Positions 29,581 to 40,795 of a DNA stretch of 64,000 nucleotides are shown one piece after another; within the stretch, counting starts at the first letter, position 1, and every line of letters begins with the position of its first letter. The notes under the pieces were generated by a model. The model was not told the origin of the DNA. It saw only the letters and a list, made by a program, of their open reading frames with translations, and ran no database searches. The translations under genes were made by a program, and so were the position numbers. The DNA is from Savitreella phatthalungensis (Eukaryota): contig AP039693.1 of the NCBI GenBank assembly GCA_051599415.1, positions 1-64,000 on the forward strand. Reading direction: 5' to 3'.

Positions 29581-32052
29581 CTACAGGCCTAAGAATCTGC
29601 GGAATGCTTCCCGCTCGCGATCATCGATGGTCATTAAGGGTCGCTCGCGGCTCTGTCGTAATTGCTGAAGCTGGTAGTATACGTCGTCTGCCCACTTCTT
29701 AGCGGGCTCTTTGGACTCGAGCTCCGACTCTTCAGGCACGACGATGGACTGTTGCGGCAGCGCGTTCATTCTCGCTACCCCACTAAGTCGTTGAATTTGG
29801 CTCAAGATATTCTCTTGCATGTTCAGTAAGCTCTCAAATCGGTCGGATAGATCGGCCACGTTCAAATCCATGTCGTGGTAAACTGTGACAAGTGCCTCAT
29901 GACGACCGTACATCTGCGCGGCCTGCGCGACCAAGATGCAAAACAGGGCTAAAAGACCCAAGCTGTTAGCCCTGACCTGGCGGCTTGGCTTTGCTTCGTC
30001 GACGAAAAAGGATTCGTGGCTTTCATCGACGTTACACAGGTCCGATACTCCGGTCATGAAGGTGATGTCTCCGCCTTCGAGCACGTATTTTTCGACTCTT
30101 GCGTCTTTCACGATCGGCAGCGGCGCCATGATTGCACCGGTAGACGATGTGAGTAAACGAGCGTCATATACGATTGCCACGTCTTTCCCACTGAGTTGCA
30201 TCGCGTCGCACATCACGATGCATTCCCCATCGGCTCCAGCGTGGAGACGTTCGGTCCCATCATGTCCAATTTCAACGCTCCGCACCCTCGCATCGGCCGG
30301 GAGCTGAATCCTGATGAGAGACTCTTGCGGCTCTGCATGCTGATGCGCGACATGCTTGACGCCTTTGCTGGCATCGGTGTCAAAATGACAAACGGCAAGA
30401 CAGCTCGCTATTCCGTTGTGACGTTCGATGACGCGTACAGACATACAGGTCACAAGGTTTGTTAAGGACCGTATCGGTGACTCGGGCAGAGAAAGTTCCG
30501 AAAGATGCAGGATGAAGGCTTTGCAGCCCTCTTCATCAGTCGCGTCACGCTCGAATGTCCACCAGGAGTCTCCCTCTTCAGTTTCTTGGACTTGATGCCA
30601 GCCCAGGAGGGCGTCATCACTAAGTTTGACGTACACCGGATAGCGTATACGACAGATCCTAAGCTGTTCAACGATCGGGTTGACGCCAGGCAGACGCACC
30701 ATCGGGGCATGAACGGCTTCCGTCGTCCGCCCTTCGCAGGTCATCATCACCATCACGGCCTCGCCTGCATCCAGATCGTTGCAGGGTACGCGGACGAGAA
30801 AGCGCACGCTTACATCGTCGGCTTCATGTCCATCTAGCTCCTGGGCATGATGACACAGACAATCGTCGAGCTTAACGAACACAACCTCGCTGCTAGGGGG
30901 GCCGTACAACTCGATCGTTAAGATTCCTGTGCTCGTTGAGAAGGGTTGCGCGAAGGTAATGACGTGGTAGCACCCTAACGTATGACGGCCATCTCGCCCT
31001 GGCTCGAGATCGAGCTTTGTAAAGGTAGTGTATGATGGGCTCTGATTATCAGAAAGTGCAAGCGGTGTGACCTGATCGAGTACAACTGCAGGACCAGTGA
31101 TTGGAGTGGCGAGGCCGTACACGAGATCGTATTTGGCCTCTGGGTGATCGAAGACTGGTTGATTGACAGGTGAACAGTTGTTTTCCCGGTCGTTTGCTAC
31201 GAGTCTGTTCTCCTGTAATTCCCAGTGGCTTGAGTCGAAGGCGGTGTCCACGGACCCGCGTAATATTGGCAGATTGATAAATTTCCGCTCATTGTCTTTC
31301 GAGACTGGCGGAATGAAAAGCAACGAGACAGCTACCTGTGCGTCGCTGGAATATCTCGAGCTATGTAACACAACGACTTCGTCGGTGATACTTAGATCGT
31401 GGCGAGCTTCGCCGCTCAATTGCGTTTTCGCCCGGTCGAGGCTTTGGTCAAGCACGGTTGTCTCACTGACATTGGTCTTGTTTGACGGCAATGGAATCAT
31501 TGATGAATGGCGCCTGCCTTCAACCGGTGATGTACTATGCTCTAAGCGAACAATGTTCGGACCCGAGACACGACGGTTCGATGTGATCGGCTGGGATGAC
31601 GACGGCCGGAGACGCTTTTTCCCTGCCTGTGGCGATGGAAGCTTGCTGCTAGATCTGTAAATCCCCAGCAATCGAGCTGCATCGCATTCGTAAGGCGTTG
31701 TCCCGCTCACATCGAGAGGTAAAACGAAGCTCCGGTTTTGATCAAACGCCGCTGCGCTTGCGAGCTGCATCGATTCACTCTGGATTCGGATTTGTGCTGC
31801 ACAGAGCACTTGAATTACATCGTCCCGAGCAAAGACTTTTGTCCGCCATTGTAGATCGAGCAAGGGCTCAAGGGTGCTGGAAGGTTTGTGCTGATCTGAT
31901 GACGTTTGATGACTGTTGTCTATCGAGGTCGAATCAGATTCCACAACAGACGGCAACTTGTTGTCGGGATTCGATTGAGGATCGTGGGGTGGAAAATTCG
32001 CGGGCGTATGGATGCCGAAGAAAGACGGTGAAGGTGATGTCTGATCTTGCAT
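29581..32052 (-). CDS. Uncharacterised protein (about 823 aa) with a C-terminal transmembrane segment and coiled coil
   Basis: Uninterrupted ORF over 2.4 kb. SLGLLALFCILVAQAA is followed by a heptad-like tail. The start is uncertain; ATG 32052 was chosen. Confidence 0.75.
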   Translation of the reverse strand: MQDQTSPSPSFFGIHTPANFPPHDPQSNPDNKLPSVVESDSTSIDNSHQTSSDQHKPSSTLEPLLDLQWRTKVFARDDVIQVLCAAQIRIQSESMQLASAAAFDQNRSFVLPLDVSGTTPYECDAARLLGIYRSSSKLPSPQAGKKRLRPSSSQPITSNRRVSGPNIVRLEHSTSPVEGRRHSSMIPLPSNKTNVSETTVLDQSLDRAKTQLSGEARHDLSITDEVVVLHSSRYSSDAQVAVSLLFIPPVSKDNERKFINLPILRGSVDTAFDSSHWELQENRLVANDRENNCSPVNQPVFDHPEAKYDLVYGLATPITGPAVVLDQVTPLALSDNQSPSYTTFTKLDLEPGRDGRHTLGCYHVITFAQPFSTSTGILTIELYGPPSSEVVFVKLDDCLCHHAQELDGHEADDVSVRFLVRVPCNDLDAGEAVMVMMTCEGRTTEAVHAPMVRLPGVNPIVEQLRICRIRYPVYVKLSDDALLGWHQVQETEEGDSWWTFERDATDEEGCKAFILHLSELSLPESPIRSLTNLVTCMSVRVIERHNGIASCLAVCHFDTDASKGVKHVAHQHAEPQESLIRIQLPADARVRSVEIGHDGTERLHAGADGECIVMCDAMQLSGKDVAIVYDARLLTSSTGAIMAPLPIVKDARVEKYVLEGGDITFMTGVSDLCNVDESHESFFVDEAKPSRQVRANSLGLLALFCILVAQAAQMYGRHEALVTVYHDMDLNVADLSDRFESLLNMQENILSQIQRLSGVARMNALPQQSIVVPEESELESKEPAKKWADDVYYQLQQLRQSRERPLMTIDDREREAFRRFLGL

Positions 32053-33126
32053 ATTTGCTGCTGGCAAGATCCAAACAGCTATATGAGAGTCACTCTTGTC
32101 AATAGCGATGGTCTGACTGATGAGGTGTTGGACTGCGTGCAATCGTGTGCTGTGAGAGCATTCTGCACTTGACACATCAGAGCCTAATGTGAGCATTGGT
32201 CGGCGAAACAAGTTTGTTTCGAATTGAAAGGGTGGCCTTTACAGTCGAGCATCCACTTTACAACATGACCTATTTCTCTGTGTGGATGCACAACGTCGAA
32301 TTCAATCAATAATTTACTCAGATTCTGACACGTGTTTCAGATCGATACTGTATACACTATAGCTGCATGTACAGTATATATGTCCTCACTCAGGCGCACA
32401 TTCAGTAGAATTGGAAGACGGACAAGTCTAACATGGCAATATTCGGTCAAGATGTGTATACACTGGATATCTTAATTACGCTGCTCTTCACTCAATTTAT
32501 AATATTAATTAGTCGTGAAATGCCAATGGATTGATCAAAGTTCAAATGATCGATCTGTCTAGTCATCAGCCGCACCAGCCTCATTTTTATTCGTTTCACT
32601 ATCACTCCGCCTCTTCGGCTGTGAACCTTCTTCAGAACAGACACCAGTAGCCTAGCTCTCTAGCTTAGTCTCAACTTCATTTTTTTCTCCTCCCCTTTCA
32701 GATTCCCCATTACGGTTCCGTGGATCGTCCGACAAAACTAGCGCAAACAGATCGATGAAAATTAATATACAGCTAGACCTTCGAAGTGATCATCCGATTT
32801 AAAAGTACCACTTGTGTAAATAAATTTCCATTAGAAAGGAATCAAGTCGCTGAAATTCCATTCGAGATCGATACTTAACTGGCTGCACAAAGTTGATCGA
32901 TGCAACCAGTTTGAAAGCTGATTCACCATGCATCACTACAGTGCTGGGGGTAACAAGGAAAAACAAACACAACCGTTGATACGCACGTACACCCTAAGGA
33001 TGACCACGGCGATTTCTTGAAGCAAATGTCTACCTGAGTGAAAAAGGAGCCAGACGCCTTTTACTCTGTGAAACATCTGACAGACAGCTTCATCGGTCTG
33101 AAGCTCAACGGCGGTCACACCGTTCA

Positions 33127-35562
33127 ATGGCCGTCACTAGGCGTGGTCGAGGCAGCATCTCATGCGACGAAGCTACCACCACTAGCACGAGTCCCCGCAA
33201 GACCCGCTCTGTCTTGGCGAGACTTTCGTGTTCTGCAGTCGATGTGGAGAACAGTCTCGATGCTACAGGGATCGCCCTAGGACCCTCGGTGACCAAAAGC
33301 ATAAAGCAGCCTAACGCAAGTCCTGCTAGAATACCTCTGGCGACAAAGAGTAACCACCCAACCGCCCCTCCGAGCTGTACCAGCTTAATTCTTGACCCAT
33401 CCTCACTTGATCTCAAATCCCTCGATCAGTCGAGCGGGGCATCTCCAGCTGTAAAGACTGCGTCTGCAACAGCCCTGGCATTAGAATCTGCGATGCTCAG
33501 CAGTACTGCAATCGACATCATCAACAGCGTAATTTCCCCAGAGCGCTACCAGCACCGGAGGCGGGAATCACTTGGAGTCTTCGATCAAACACCTCAGCAA
33601 CGTGCAGAAGGAGACACTGCAGTGAATTACGCAACGCCGTGCCTCCTGCGAGCGACGAGCTGTCAGCTCAACATCAGCACACCACATACAGATGATACAA
33701 GCTGCGAGGACATCTCAGCAGCTGAGGATTGCACTGGACAGAAGAAACAAAAACGACGGCTCAGTAGACGGTTGAGCTACATGAGTGCCACGAGGACAGC
33801 GCTCGCGCAGCGCGAGACTGAGCTCATGCAATGCACAGATGAGATGCGGCTGAATGATCTTAAAGCTGAAATTTCCGAACCGCATACCGTGCAGCTTGAT
33901 TGTCCCGGTAGCGTCGAGCGGAAGCGTCGACCTCGCCGCAGCAACTCGGTTAGCCGACGCTCCAGCCCGATAACGAACGGTAGCACCCGTGAACTCCGAT
34001 CTCGCTCGTCCTTGACGAGCAATGCTGTTCCGGTGGCAGCCTCTAACGAGACAGCTCATACCCAAACTCAGGCACTCCCAGTCGAAACACCAGAAATCGC
34101 CCCGGACGTTTCTGCAGAGTCGAACCAATCACTCAATCCTCAAGACAATGTCACAGACATTGTCGCAGCTGTCCCCGAAATCCAGCAGGGACCACTCACA
34201 ACGACAACTAACTCCGGTGAGAAGAACGAGAAGCCGCCGAAGCCGAGTAGCTCATCCAGCATAAATGATGTTTTTTCAGACTTTCTGAACAACTGGAAGT
34301 CGAAGAAATCACAGCAGGCCGCAGCGGCAGCGAAGATCACACCATTGGCCGCTCCTTCGTCTCCTGAGAAGCAGGACTCTCCTGTCAAGGCCGTTAGCAC
34401 GCCAAAGCGCAATGCCGTGTCGATCGTGACGCCGTCGAAAGACCCTAGACGCATTGTCTCCTTCCTGAACAGCATTTCATCTTCAGCTCAGAGATGCCCG
34501 CCACAGAAAGGCGTCCGCCTCCTCGAGGGCAGATCATATTCGACAAGGATGTCGCAGCCCGGCTCTGGTAAAGAGGCTGAGCTCCTAGAGCGTGTGCCTC
34601 ACAAAGCAGCTGCAGCATCAAAACCGTTGACACTGAACTCGCCCATCCGTGTCCTGGCGCAAAAAACAACACGAATGAAGGAGTCGAGCGAGGGGGTATC
34701 GAAAAAGCGGAAGAGCTCGTTTGAAGCTGAGGATCTGGCACCGGCGAGCAAGACTGCAAAGATAGCCACACCTTCTGCCATACCACAACCATCATCATCT
34801 CGCGCATCCTCACTACCTCTCGGCTCCAGGCGGTCACTAGCGTCGCGGCCTCAGACCCCTGCACCAGCGGCTGCCCCACGGACGCGACAAAACCGGACAG
34901 CTTGTACAGCGAGCACCCGCAGGGCGTCCGTCCAAGCGAGCAAGCTTAATTCAATGACAGCTCAGGACATGACGAGGCTGGTGCACGAGTTCACGGCTGC
35001 GAATCGAGTCTATCGATGTGAATTCGATCGCCGTGTTGAAGAACGCGAAGGTGCACGGCCAACTTCTCCGACCGCTAAACGTCAGTCTCAACTCGCCGCC
35101 CAGGCCCGAGTTCGTCGCAGCAAGCTGGCAGCTCGTAAAGGCTGGGCTTTTGGGGCAGGCGACGACGAGGACTGGGATCCGAAAGCATCGCGTGCCAGCG
35201 CTACCGCCAGAGTTCATTGGGACGAGCATTTGGAAACAAATCTCACAGAACTTCAACGCACTTCGCCAACCGAGATCGCTCGCCAGTCACGTGCTCATCG
35301 GCGCGTCAGGAAGTCTCTGGCTATTCTGCTGCCCCCGAAGCTCGAGCTGCCGTCGTCCATAGACGCCGGTGAGCGCCAGGACAAATTGTCGCTGGCGAGT
35401 CATTCCCGCAAGACGACAAATCCAAGCGTCTTCGACCTCGACGACTGTGGCAATCTGGTCTTGACACGACGCAGTATTCCCTTGACGCCCGAAGTCGGCA
35501 AACCATGCACGATTGTGGTCACAAAAGTCCTGTACGCAGGCGAGGCCGACGAGCTCGCATGA
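33127..35562 (+). CDS. Uncharacterised Ser/Pro/Arg-rich protein (811 aa)
   Basis: Long ORF, mostly low complexity with many SP/TP sites. The C-terminus is more ordered (GARPTSP, GAGDDEDW, RVHWD). Confidence 0.8.
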   Translation: MAVTRRGRGSISCDEATTTSTSPRKTRSVLARLSCSAVDVENSLDATGIALGPSVTKSIKQPNASPARIPLATKSNHPTAPPSCTSLILDPSSLDLKSLDQSSGASPAVKTASATALALESAMLSSTAIDIINSVISPERYQHRRRESLGVFDQTPQQRAEGDTAVNYATPCLLRATSCQLNISTPHTDDTSCEDISAAEDCTGQKKQKRRLSRRLSYMSATRTALAQRETELMQCTDEMRLNDLKAEISEPHTVQLDCPGSVERKRRPRRSNSVSRRSSPITNGSTRELRSRSSLTSNAVPVAASNETAHTQTQALPVETPEIAPDVSAESNQSLNPQDNVTDIVAAVPEIQQGPLTTTTNSGEKNEKPPKPSSSSSINDVFSDFLNNWKSKKSQQAAAAAKITPLAAPSSPEKQDSPVKAVSTPKRNAVSIVTPSKDPRRIVSFLNSISSSAQRCPPQKGVRLLEGRSYSTRMSQPGSGKEAELLERVPHKAAAASKPLTLNSPIRVLAQKTTRMKESSEGVSKKRKSSFEAEDLAPASKTAKIATPSAIPQPSSSRASSLPLGSRRSLASRPQTPAPAAAPRTRQNRTACTASTRRASVQASKLNSMTAQDMTRLVHEFTAANRVYRCEFDRRVEEREGARPTSPTAKRQSQLAAQARVRRSKLAARKGWAFGAGDDEDWDPKASRASATARVHWDEHLETNLTELQRTSPTEIARQSRAHRRVRKSLAILLPPKLELPSSIDAGERQDKLSLASHSRKTTNPSVFDLDDCGNLVLTRRSIPLTPEVGKPCTIVVTKVLYAGEADELA

Positions 35563-35648
35563 GGAAATTCAAATGATATGAGAATTCGTAAAATATCCTT
35601 CTGAACTAAACGCCATGCGTCCGTGCGAAGGACTGCAAAGCCATCCTT

Positions 35649-37091
35649 TTAGACTTTGGCCGATCGCGTGCGCGAGGAGTTGCCACGGCGATAACCTGTG
35701 AACCATAGACCTAATGAAAGCGCAGCATAACCGCCGACCAAGATGACAAATGCGAGGACGTACCAGATGATGGTGCCGGTATTGTTGACGTCTACCATCG
35801 GCTGCTTGAAAGCGAGACCCACAGCGACTATAGCAAGGATGAGGATAATACGACCGAGCCATCGGTGCAGAGGTCCTGTGACGTTGGTGGTCGAGAGTCG
35901 CTTAGAGGCTGGATTGAGGACAACGCGACCCGACAGAGCCGAAACAGCCGACTTGACCTCATCAGAATTTGGGGACGAGGTGCGAGCGGATCCTGCGGCG
36001 GAATAAGCATTTGTAGCAGACTTGTAGATCATATGGTGTACGGCACCGCCCAGCGCTTGAAGAATGACGAGAATGAATACAATGACGCCGAGCGTTTGGT
36101 GCGAGTACAAGAAATGACCCTGACCTTCCTGCGACGATGCGACAAAGCCAAGAATCGCACCGACAAGGAAGATGAGCACTGCAGTCGACTGGATGAGGTA
36201 GTGGAGCCTGACGATAGGCATGCCACCAACGAATCCACGACGCGCGGCAAACAGCGGCAGGAATTTCATCGCACCCGCACCAACGCCAGCGACGAGTAGC
36301 AAGGCAACGGTGGTGATTATAGCGTGAGCGAGCCAAAGATTCTTGAATAATGACGAGCCGCTGTCGCTCTCAGCTGTCTCTCCGCTAGTGATGGCGTTAG
36401 CCTGGCTGGAGCCCGATGTGGTGCCGGACGCACTCGAAGTAGCAGCTGCAGTGCCAGAGGTGGTGGTCGATGCGCTGGCGCTCGTACCGGACGTCACATA
36501 CGACGTACCTGGAATACCCGCTGTGCCGCTGGCTGAAACGAGATTCCAGCTCGAACTCCCGTAGTTTCCGGAGCTGTGCTGCTGAATAGTGCCCGAACTG
36601 CTGGCACTTCCCCAAGCATAAGCAAACGATTGGGAAGACGACGTGACATCGATGGATTGCGTCGATCCGTCGGTGCCCTTCCATGAGCGGCAATTACTGC
36701 AGCGGAAGTTGAGGAGGAAATTCGTACTGTTTACGAAGGAGCCATCGAGTTGTTGAGTTGAGACGGAAGTGGCTGAGTAGGTTGATGGGCGGACCTCGCC
36801 TGCGGCAATTGATACAGAAAGAGAGATCGTGCCGTCGCTTTTCGGCTGAGCGATGAAGTACAGTGAGTTTGCCATTTGGCCGCGACCTAGCGCAACTGCT
36901 GTGTAACCATTTGTAGAGGAGCCTGCGATGGAAATGTAGAGATCCGTTGTCGAATTCGATGGGACGTTGACAGCGTAGCAACTCCGGACTGACGAAGAGC
37001 CGAAGCATTTCGAGCTGAAAGGCACCTGCTGTGTCGTCTGCGCGGCTGCAAGCGAAGCGGCCAATGCGGCATTCACAAGCCAGAAGAGCAT
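35649..37091 (-). CDS. CDH-cytochrome (DOMON-like) plus cytochrome b561 membrane protein
   Basis: Signal peptide, GQMANSLYF, FRCSNCRSW and IQQH, then a Ser/Thr linker. TM helices carry the His residues LAHA, LHY, SHQTLG, HH and LHRWLGR. Confidence 0.88.
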   Translation of the reverse strand: MLFWLVNAALAASLAAAQTTQQVPFSSKCFGSSSVRSCYAVNVPSNSTTDLYISIAGSSTNGYTAVALGRGQMANSLYFIAQPKSDGTISLSVSIAAGEVRPSTYSATSVSTQQLDGSFVNSTNFLLNFRCSNCRSWKGTDGSTQSIDVTSSSQSFAYAWGSASSSGTIQQHSSGNYGSSSWNLVSASGTAGIPGTSYVTSGTSASASTTTSGTAAATSSASGTTSGSSQANAITSGETAESDSGSSLFKNLWLAHAIITTVALLLVAGVGAGAMKFLPLFAARRGFVGGMPIVRLHYLIQSTAVLIFLVGAILGFVASSQEGQGHFLYSHQTLGVIVFILVILQALGGAVHHMIYKSATNAYSAAGSARTSSPNSDEVKSAVSALSGRVVLNPASKRLSTTNVTGPLHRWLGRIILILAIVAVGLAFKQPMVDVNNTGTIIWYVLAFVILVGGYAALSLGLWFTGYRRGNSSRTRSAKV

Positions 37092-39060
37092 GATGAACAA
37101 CGATTATTTCAGAAATACCAGGAAAATCGTCCTTATATAGGCCGGCGGAAGTTTTGAGACCACGGCGCACTGATCTATGGGCCTTGTTGCCGCGTGATGA
37201 GACGTGGTTTGTCACAGATGTGAAGTTGGGAGATGGGGGGCTATGAGCAGGAGCCGTATGTTATGCAGGTTTGAGCGCAGATGAGCAGGTCATCGTGTTC
37301 TTGTATGCTTGCATGGTTATGTCCGCATCCATCTTCGTGTCAAGTAAGCATGACTGTGAACCTGGTGTCCGCAGACACACAGCCCTGAACTTCCATCGTC
37401 AGGGGCCTGTTGGAAGGCGGCAATGCCACGTTATTTACCTAGACCGGGTGAAAGAGATCATTCATGGCTTGATCGTGGCTCACGCGAGCCGTGGAGAAAG
37501 TCTGGAATCTCAGGCACCTGAGAATTCCTTCGATCTACCTGGGACAGATATAATTTAAGCATTTTGAGTAAATGAACTGCACTGTTGAGTTTCTGCCTAG
37601 CTCACTTCAAGCAGACTTATCGGCAGCCATATAGCAGAGGCTTGGCGGGACCCGTTCATCGGTAATTGATTCTGAGCACGCTTGAGCGTTTCTCTCACCT
37701 TTATTTCGTATCATATTTTGGTATTTTAGATTTTGCGCATTTCAGATACACGATGTCTGACTCGCCAATCAAAGCGTCATGATTCTCAAAGATGACAATC
37801 ACGCATCTCCATTCAGATCAGATCCGAAAAGCATCTATCGTCTGATCTGCTTGGCTTGCCAATTGCATTGTCCTCGTTCTGCCTCCTGACGCGCGAAGGC
37901 TTGGCATTAGACCGCAGTCGACGACCCAAGAGGTCAGCGACAGGACCATACGTGCGCGATGTATGTCAAGAACACGTTCAGGCAATTCAAAGGCTGGTTC
38001 GACAAACGCCTGCCCACCAATACAATTTACCATGTCGCATCCTGTTCGTGGCATTTGACGAGTAGCCGAGATCTTCCACGTCACCTGTTCGAGTCTCATC
38101 CGGAAATGAAGTGACGTGACCGCGACGTGAATTACGCTGAAACACAGGCTGCCGCCCTGTTGCGAAGCGATGGCAATGACTGGACTTCTGGTAAGACGAC
38201 TTCCTGACCGCGCTCTGAATAGACTTAGACCGGTTCTATTTGCCATGCATTCTACTTGAGGGAGATGAAAAAAGTCGCCAATAGAGCCTGAATGCATCTC
38301 ATGCTCCGGGGACATCAGGGAACCCATTTTCAGCGCTGACCAGCTAAAGGATATAATGTCACGCAGCCTACATAGCCATATCGACACGCCGATCATTGAA
38401 TTTCTGACGAGCCGTAACCAATTAACACACTGCCTTTTCCCCCTGGTAGATCACGATGTTCTCACCAGTGAGCTCCATGGGGTCGATAAAAAAATAAGGC
38501 GGAGATCTCATCATCACGGCATGTCACTGTAAGCATGATCCTCTGGTAAAGATTGCCGTCAATAAGCGCAGACAAGCAGCTGCCACTGTCATGGCTCGGA
38601 ACGTCCAAGGCAGATTGTAGTGATCCGGCCTTTCTATATTTGATAATAAATCGTACCATTTGTGAAAGGTTCCATTGGTTGGGAAAGTGAATTCCCATCC
38701 TGGTGATGACGACAAGGATGCATTTAGCACAACTCTGCCGGGTGTTGCCCCGCTGAGATCCGAGATCTTTCAGACAGAGACAAGCAAGCTTAGCCGAGAT
38801 CTTGAGAGGGGCCGGCGAAGTCCCCAGACATGGCAAATGTGTGGCAGATCCAGCGTCTGGGGCGTGTTCGTAGCAAAGGATCAGGATACGACGATAACGA
38901 CGGGCAAGGAAATACACCTTTCGGGGAACGAGAAGTGGCGCTCCTCTTGGCAACGCTGATTGAATTGTATGCAGGTGAATCGTGAGAGGTGGTGGTGGCG
39001 GTAGTGATGCTATAGAATATTTACAGCCCGCTGCTGACTCGGGACGACGCCAAGAGCGTC

Positions 39061-40314
39061 TCAGATGATGTCGCGCGGAGGACCCTTGACAAAATCCATT
39101 ACACGCCAACCTCGAGTCACCGGCTCCGACAGCTGATCTTTTAGTCGGGTGAAGATGGCGATGTAGGTCACCGCTTGAACCTTGTCCTCACGACCAGCGA
39201 CGATTTCTCCGGCCATGTTGCGGAACAGGTGGATCTCTTGAGTGCGGAAGGAGACAATGAAGACAGGGATGTCATTCGGCGGGACAACGCGGTATTGCGC
39301 GATATCAACGTGCCGCAGGTCGACGATCCGGCCATCACTGACAAGCTTTGACTCCTTGACCTGTTTGGACGTAGCGTTGTGAACGGAGAGCGGCGCTTCC
39401 GATAGCCAAAGCGCCAATGTCTCTGTGTCATTCTTGATGTAAGCATCGCAAATTTCCGGCAGAATGTATTCGCGCAGAGAGTTCAGCCAAGGTTCAACCT
39501 GGAATGCAGGGTCGATCTCCTTCATCATTCGGATCACCTTGGCTGATTCCGATTCGGCTGTGAACTTCCCCCAGATCTCGGCAACACGGTCGGTGAACTC
39601 TCGTGTAGACGACACAATAGGGTTCTCCGATTCATTGTAGTTATGTTTGAAGCGGTTGAGACCTGCAAACATGGACGAATTATCCTTGAAGTTCTTCCAG
39701 GACTCTTTCCATGCGGCATCCTTATGCAGGACGACGCCGGTCTGGTCTTCGTTAGCCTCGACGGGCCGTTGTACCGGCCTCGCCTCATCCAATGCGTCCT
39801 GGCGCCTGCGAGCAGCAGCACGTGCTTCTGGACTTGAGAAGCCGCCATAACGAGCACTCTGGCCGTCATCGATGGTGTCACTCAAGCTTTTATAGGCAGA
39901 GCTCTCTCGAATCGGTTTTGTAGCCTTGTCGACAAACTGACCAGTCGCTGCTGCACCTTTTCGGGTCGCCTGACCCACTGGTGATTCCCATGCTTTGACA
40001 ACACCCTGCCCAAGCACTTCACCAGTTTTACGGATGGCTTTGCCGGTAATACCTGCTGCCGCTCCGCCTCGTTTCTGCGCAGCTTCAAATGCCTCCCGGG
40101 CCTTCTTATATGCTTCGCTTTCCCCAATCTTCTCTCCCTCGCCCTGTAAAGCCTTGACGGAGTCCTGCAACTCTTGCGACTTTTTCAGCTCCTTCTTGAA
40201 TGTGTCGACGAAGACGCGGAAGGGCGAATTCGGATTGGGCGGTGGGGCATCTCCGCGAGCACTCCGCAGCCGCCGAGCCGTCGAGAAAGCTCGCGCAACT
40301 ACTCTTCTCTGCAT
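39061..40314 (-). CDS. TIM44: Mitochondrial import inner membrane translocase subunit Tim44
   Basis: Presequence, SPFRVFVDTFKKELKKSQELQ, YGGF, ESENPIVS, LREYILPE, FRTQE and GWRVMDF. Confidence 0.95.
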   Translation of the reverse strand: MQRRVVARAFSTARRLRSARGDAPPPNPNSPFRVFVDTFKKELKKSQELQDSVKALQGEGEKIGESEAYKKAREAFEAAQKRGGAAAGITGKAIRKTGEVLGQGVVKAWESPVGQATRKGAAATGQFVDKATKPIRESSAYKSLSDTIDDGQSARYGGFSSPEARAAARRRQDALDEARPVQRPVEANEDQTGVVLHKDAAWKESWKNFKDNSSMFAGLNRFKHNYNESENPIVSSTREFTDRVAEIWGKFTAESESAKVIRMMKEIDPAFQVEPWLNSLREYILPEICDAYIKNDTETLALWLSEAPLSVHNATSKQVKESKLVSDGRIVDLRHVDIAQYRVVPPNDIPVFIVSFRTQEIHLFRNMAGEIVAGREDKVQAVTYIAIFTRLKDQLSEPVTRGWRVMDFVKGPPRDII

Positions 40315-40795
40315 GACAAATAGCCTTGCTGGCTGGTCTCTGCGTCTTTACAGATTACAGGGCAGCTTGACGCACAAGTCAGAATTTCTGCAGAAGTTTG
40401 TACAGATTTTCATAGTTCATCATATGCATAAGTACATGCATTTATGTGTGTATGTGCAACGGCAAATCGGAGTGGTGCATTCCGCTTGCTTCTGATTATG
40501 GTTGAAGCATCGGAACCACGGAAATGTATGGACAGCCTGGGCGATCATTGACAAGGCCTGACCTTCGACATCACGCGCAGGTGCGCTCAACATGATGAAA
40601 CATAGAGGGAGCACACAGAAGTAATATACGGCTCAATAGATAGGTAGAGCTTCCGACAGACAATGCCGAAAGCGTGCATCCCGACGTCCAATAGTGATTG
40701 TCAAGCAAGGGATGCCTCAAATCCCGCAACAACCACACGAGATATATGTATTACACCACGGCTCATAGCAGGTTGATTCACAGCAAGCCTCGAAA

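Noticed and set aside
38740..38810. GGGTG..CTGAGA resembling the start of a TPP riboswitch
   Set aside because: The downstream conserved elements (ATAC, TGAT..TAAT..CAGCG) are absent and there is no adjacent thiamine gene.
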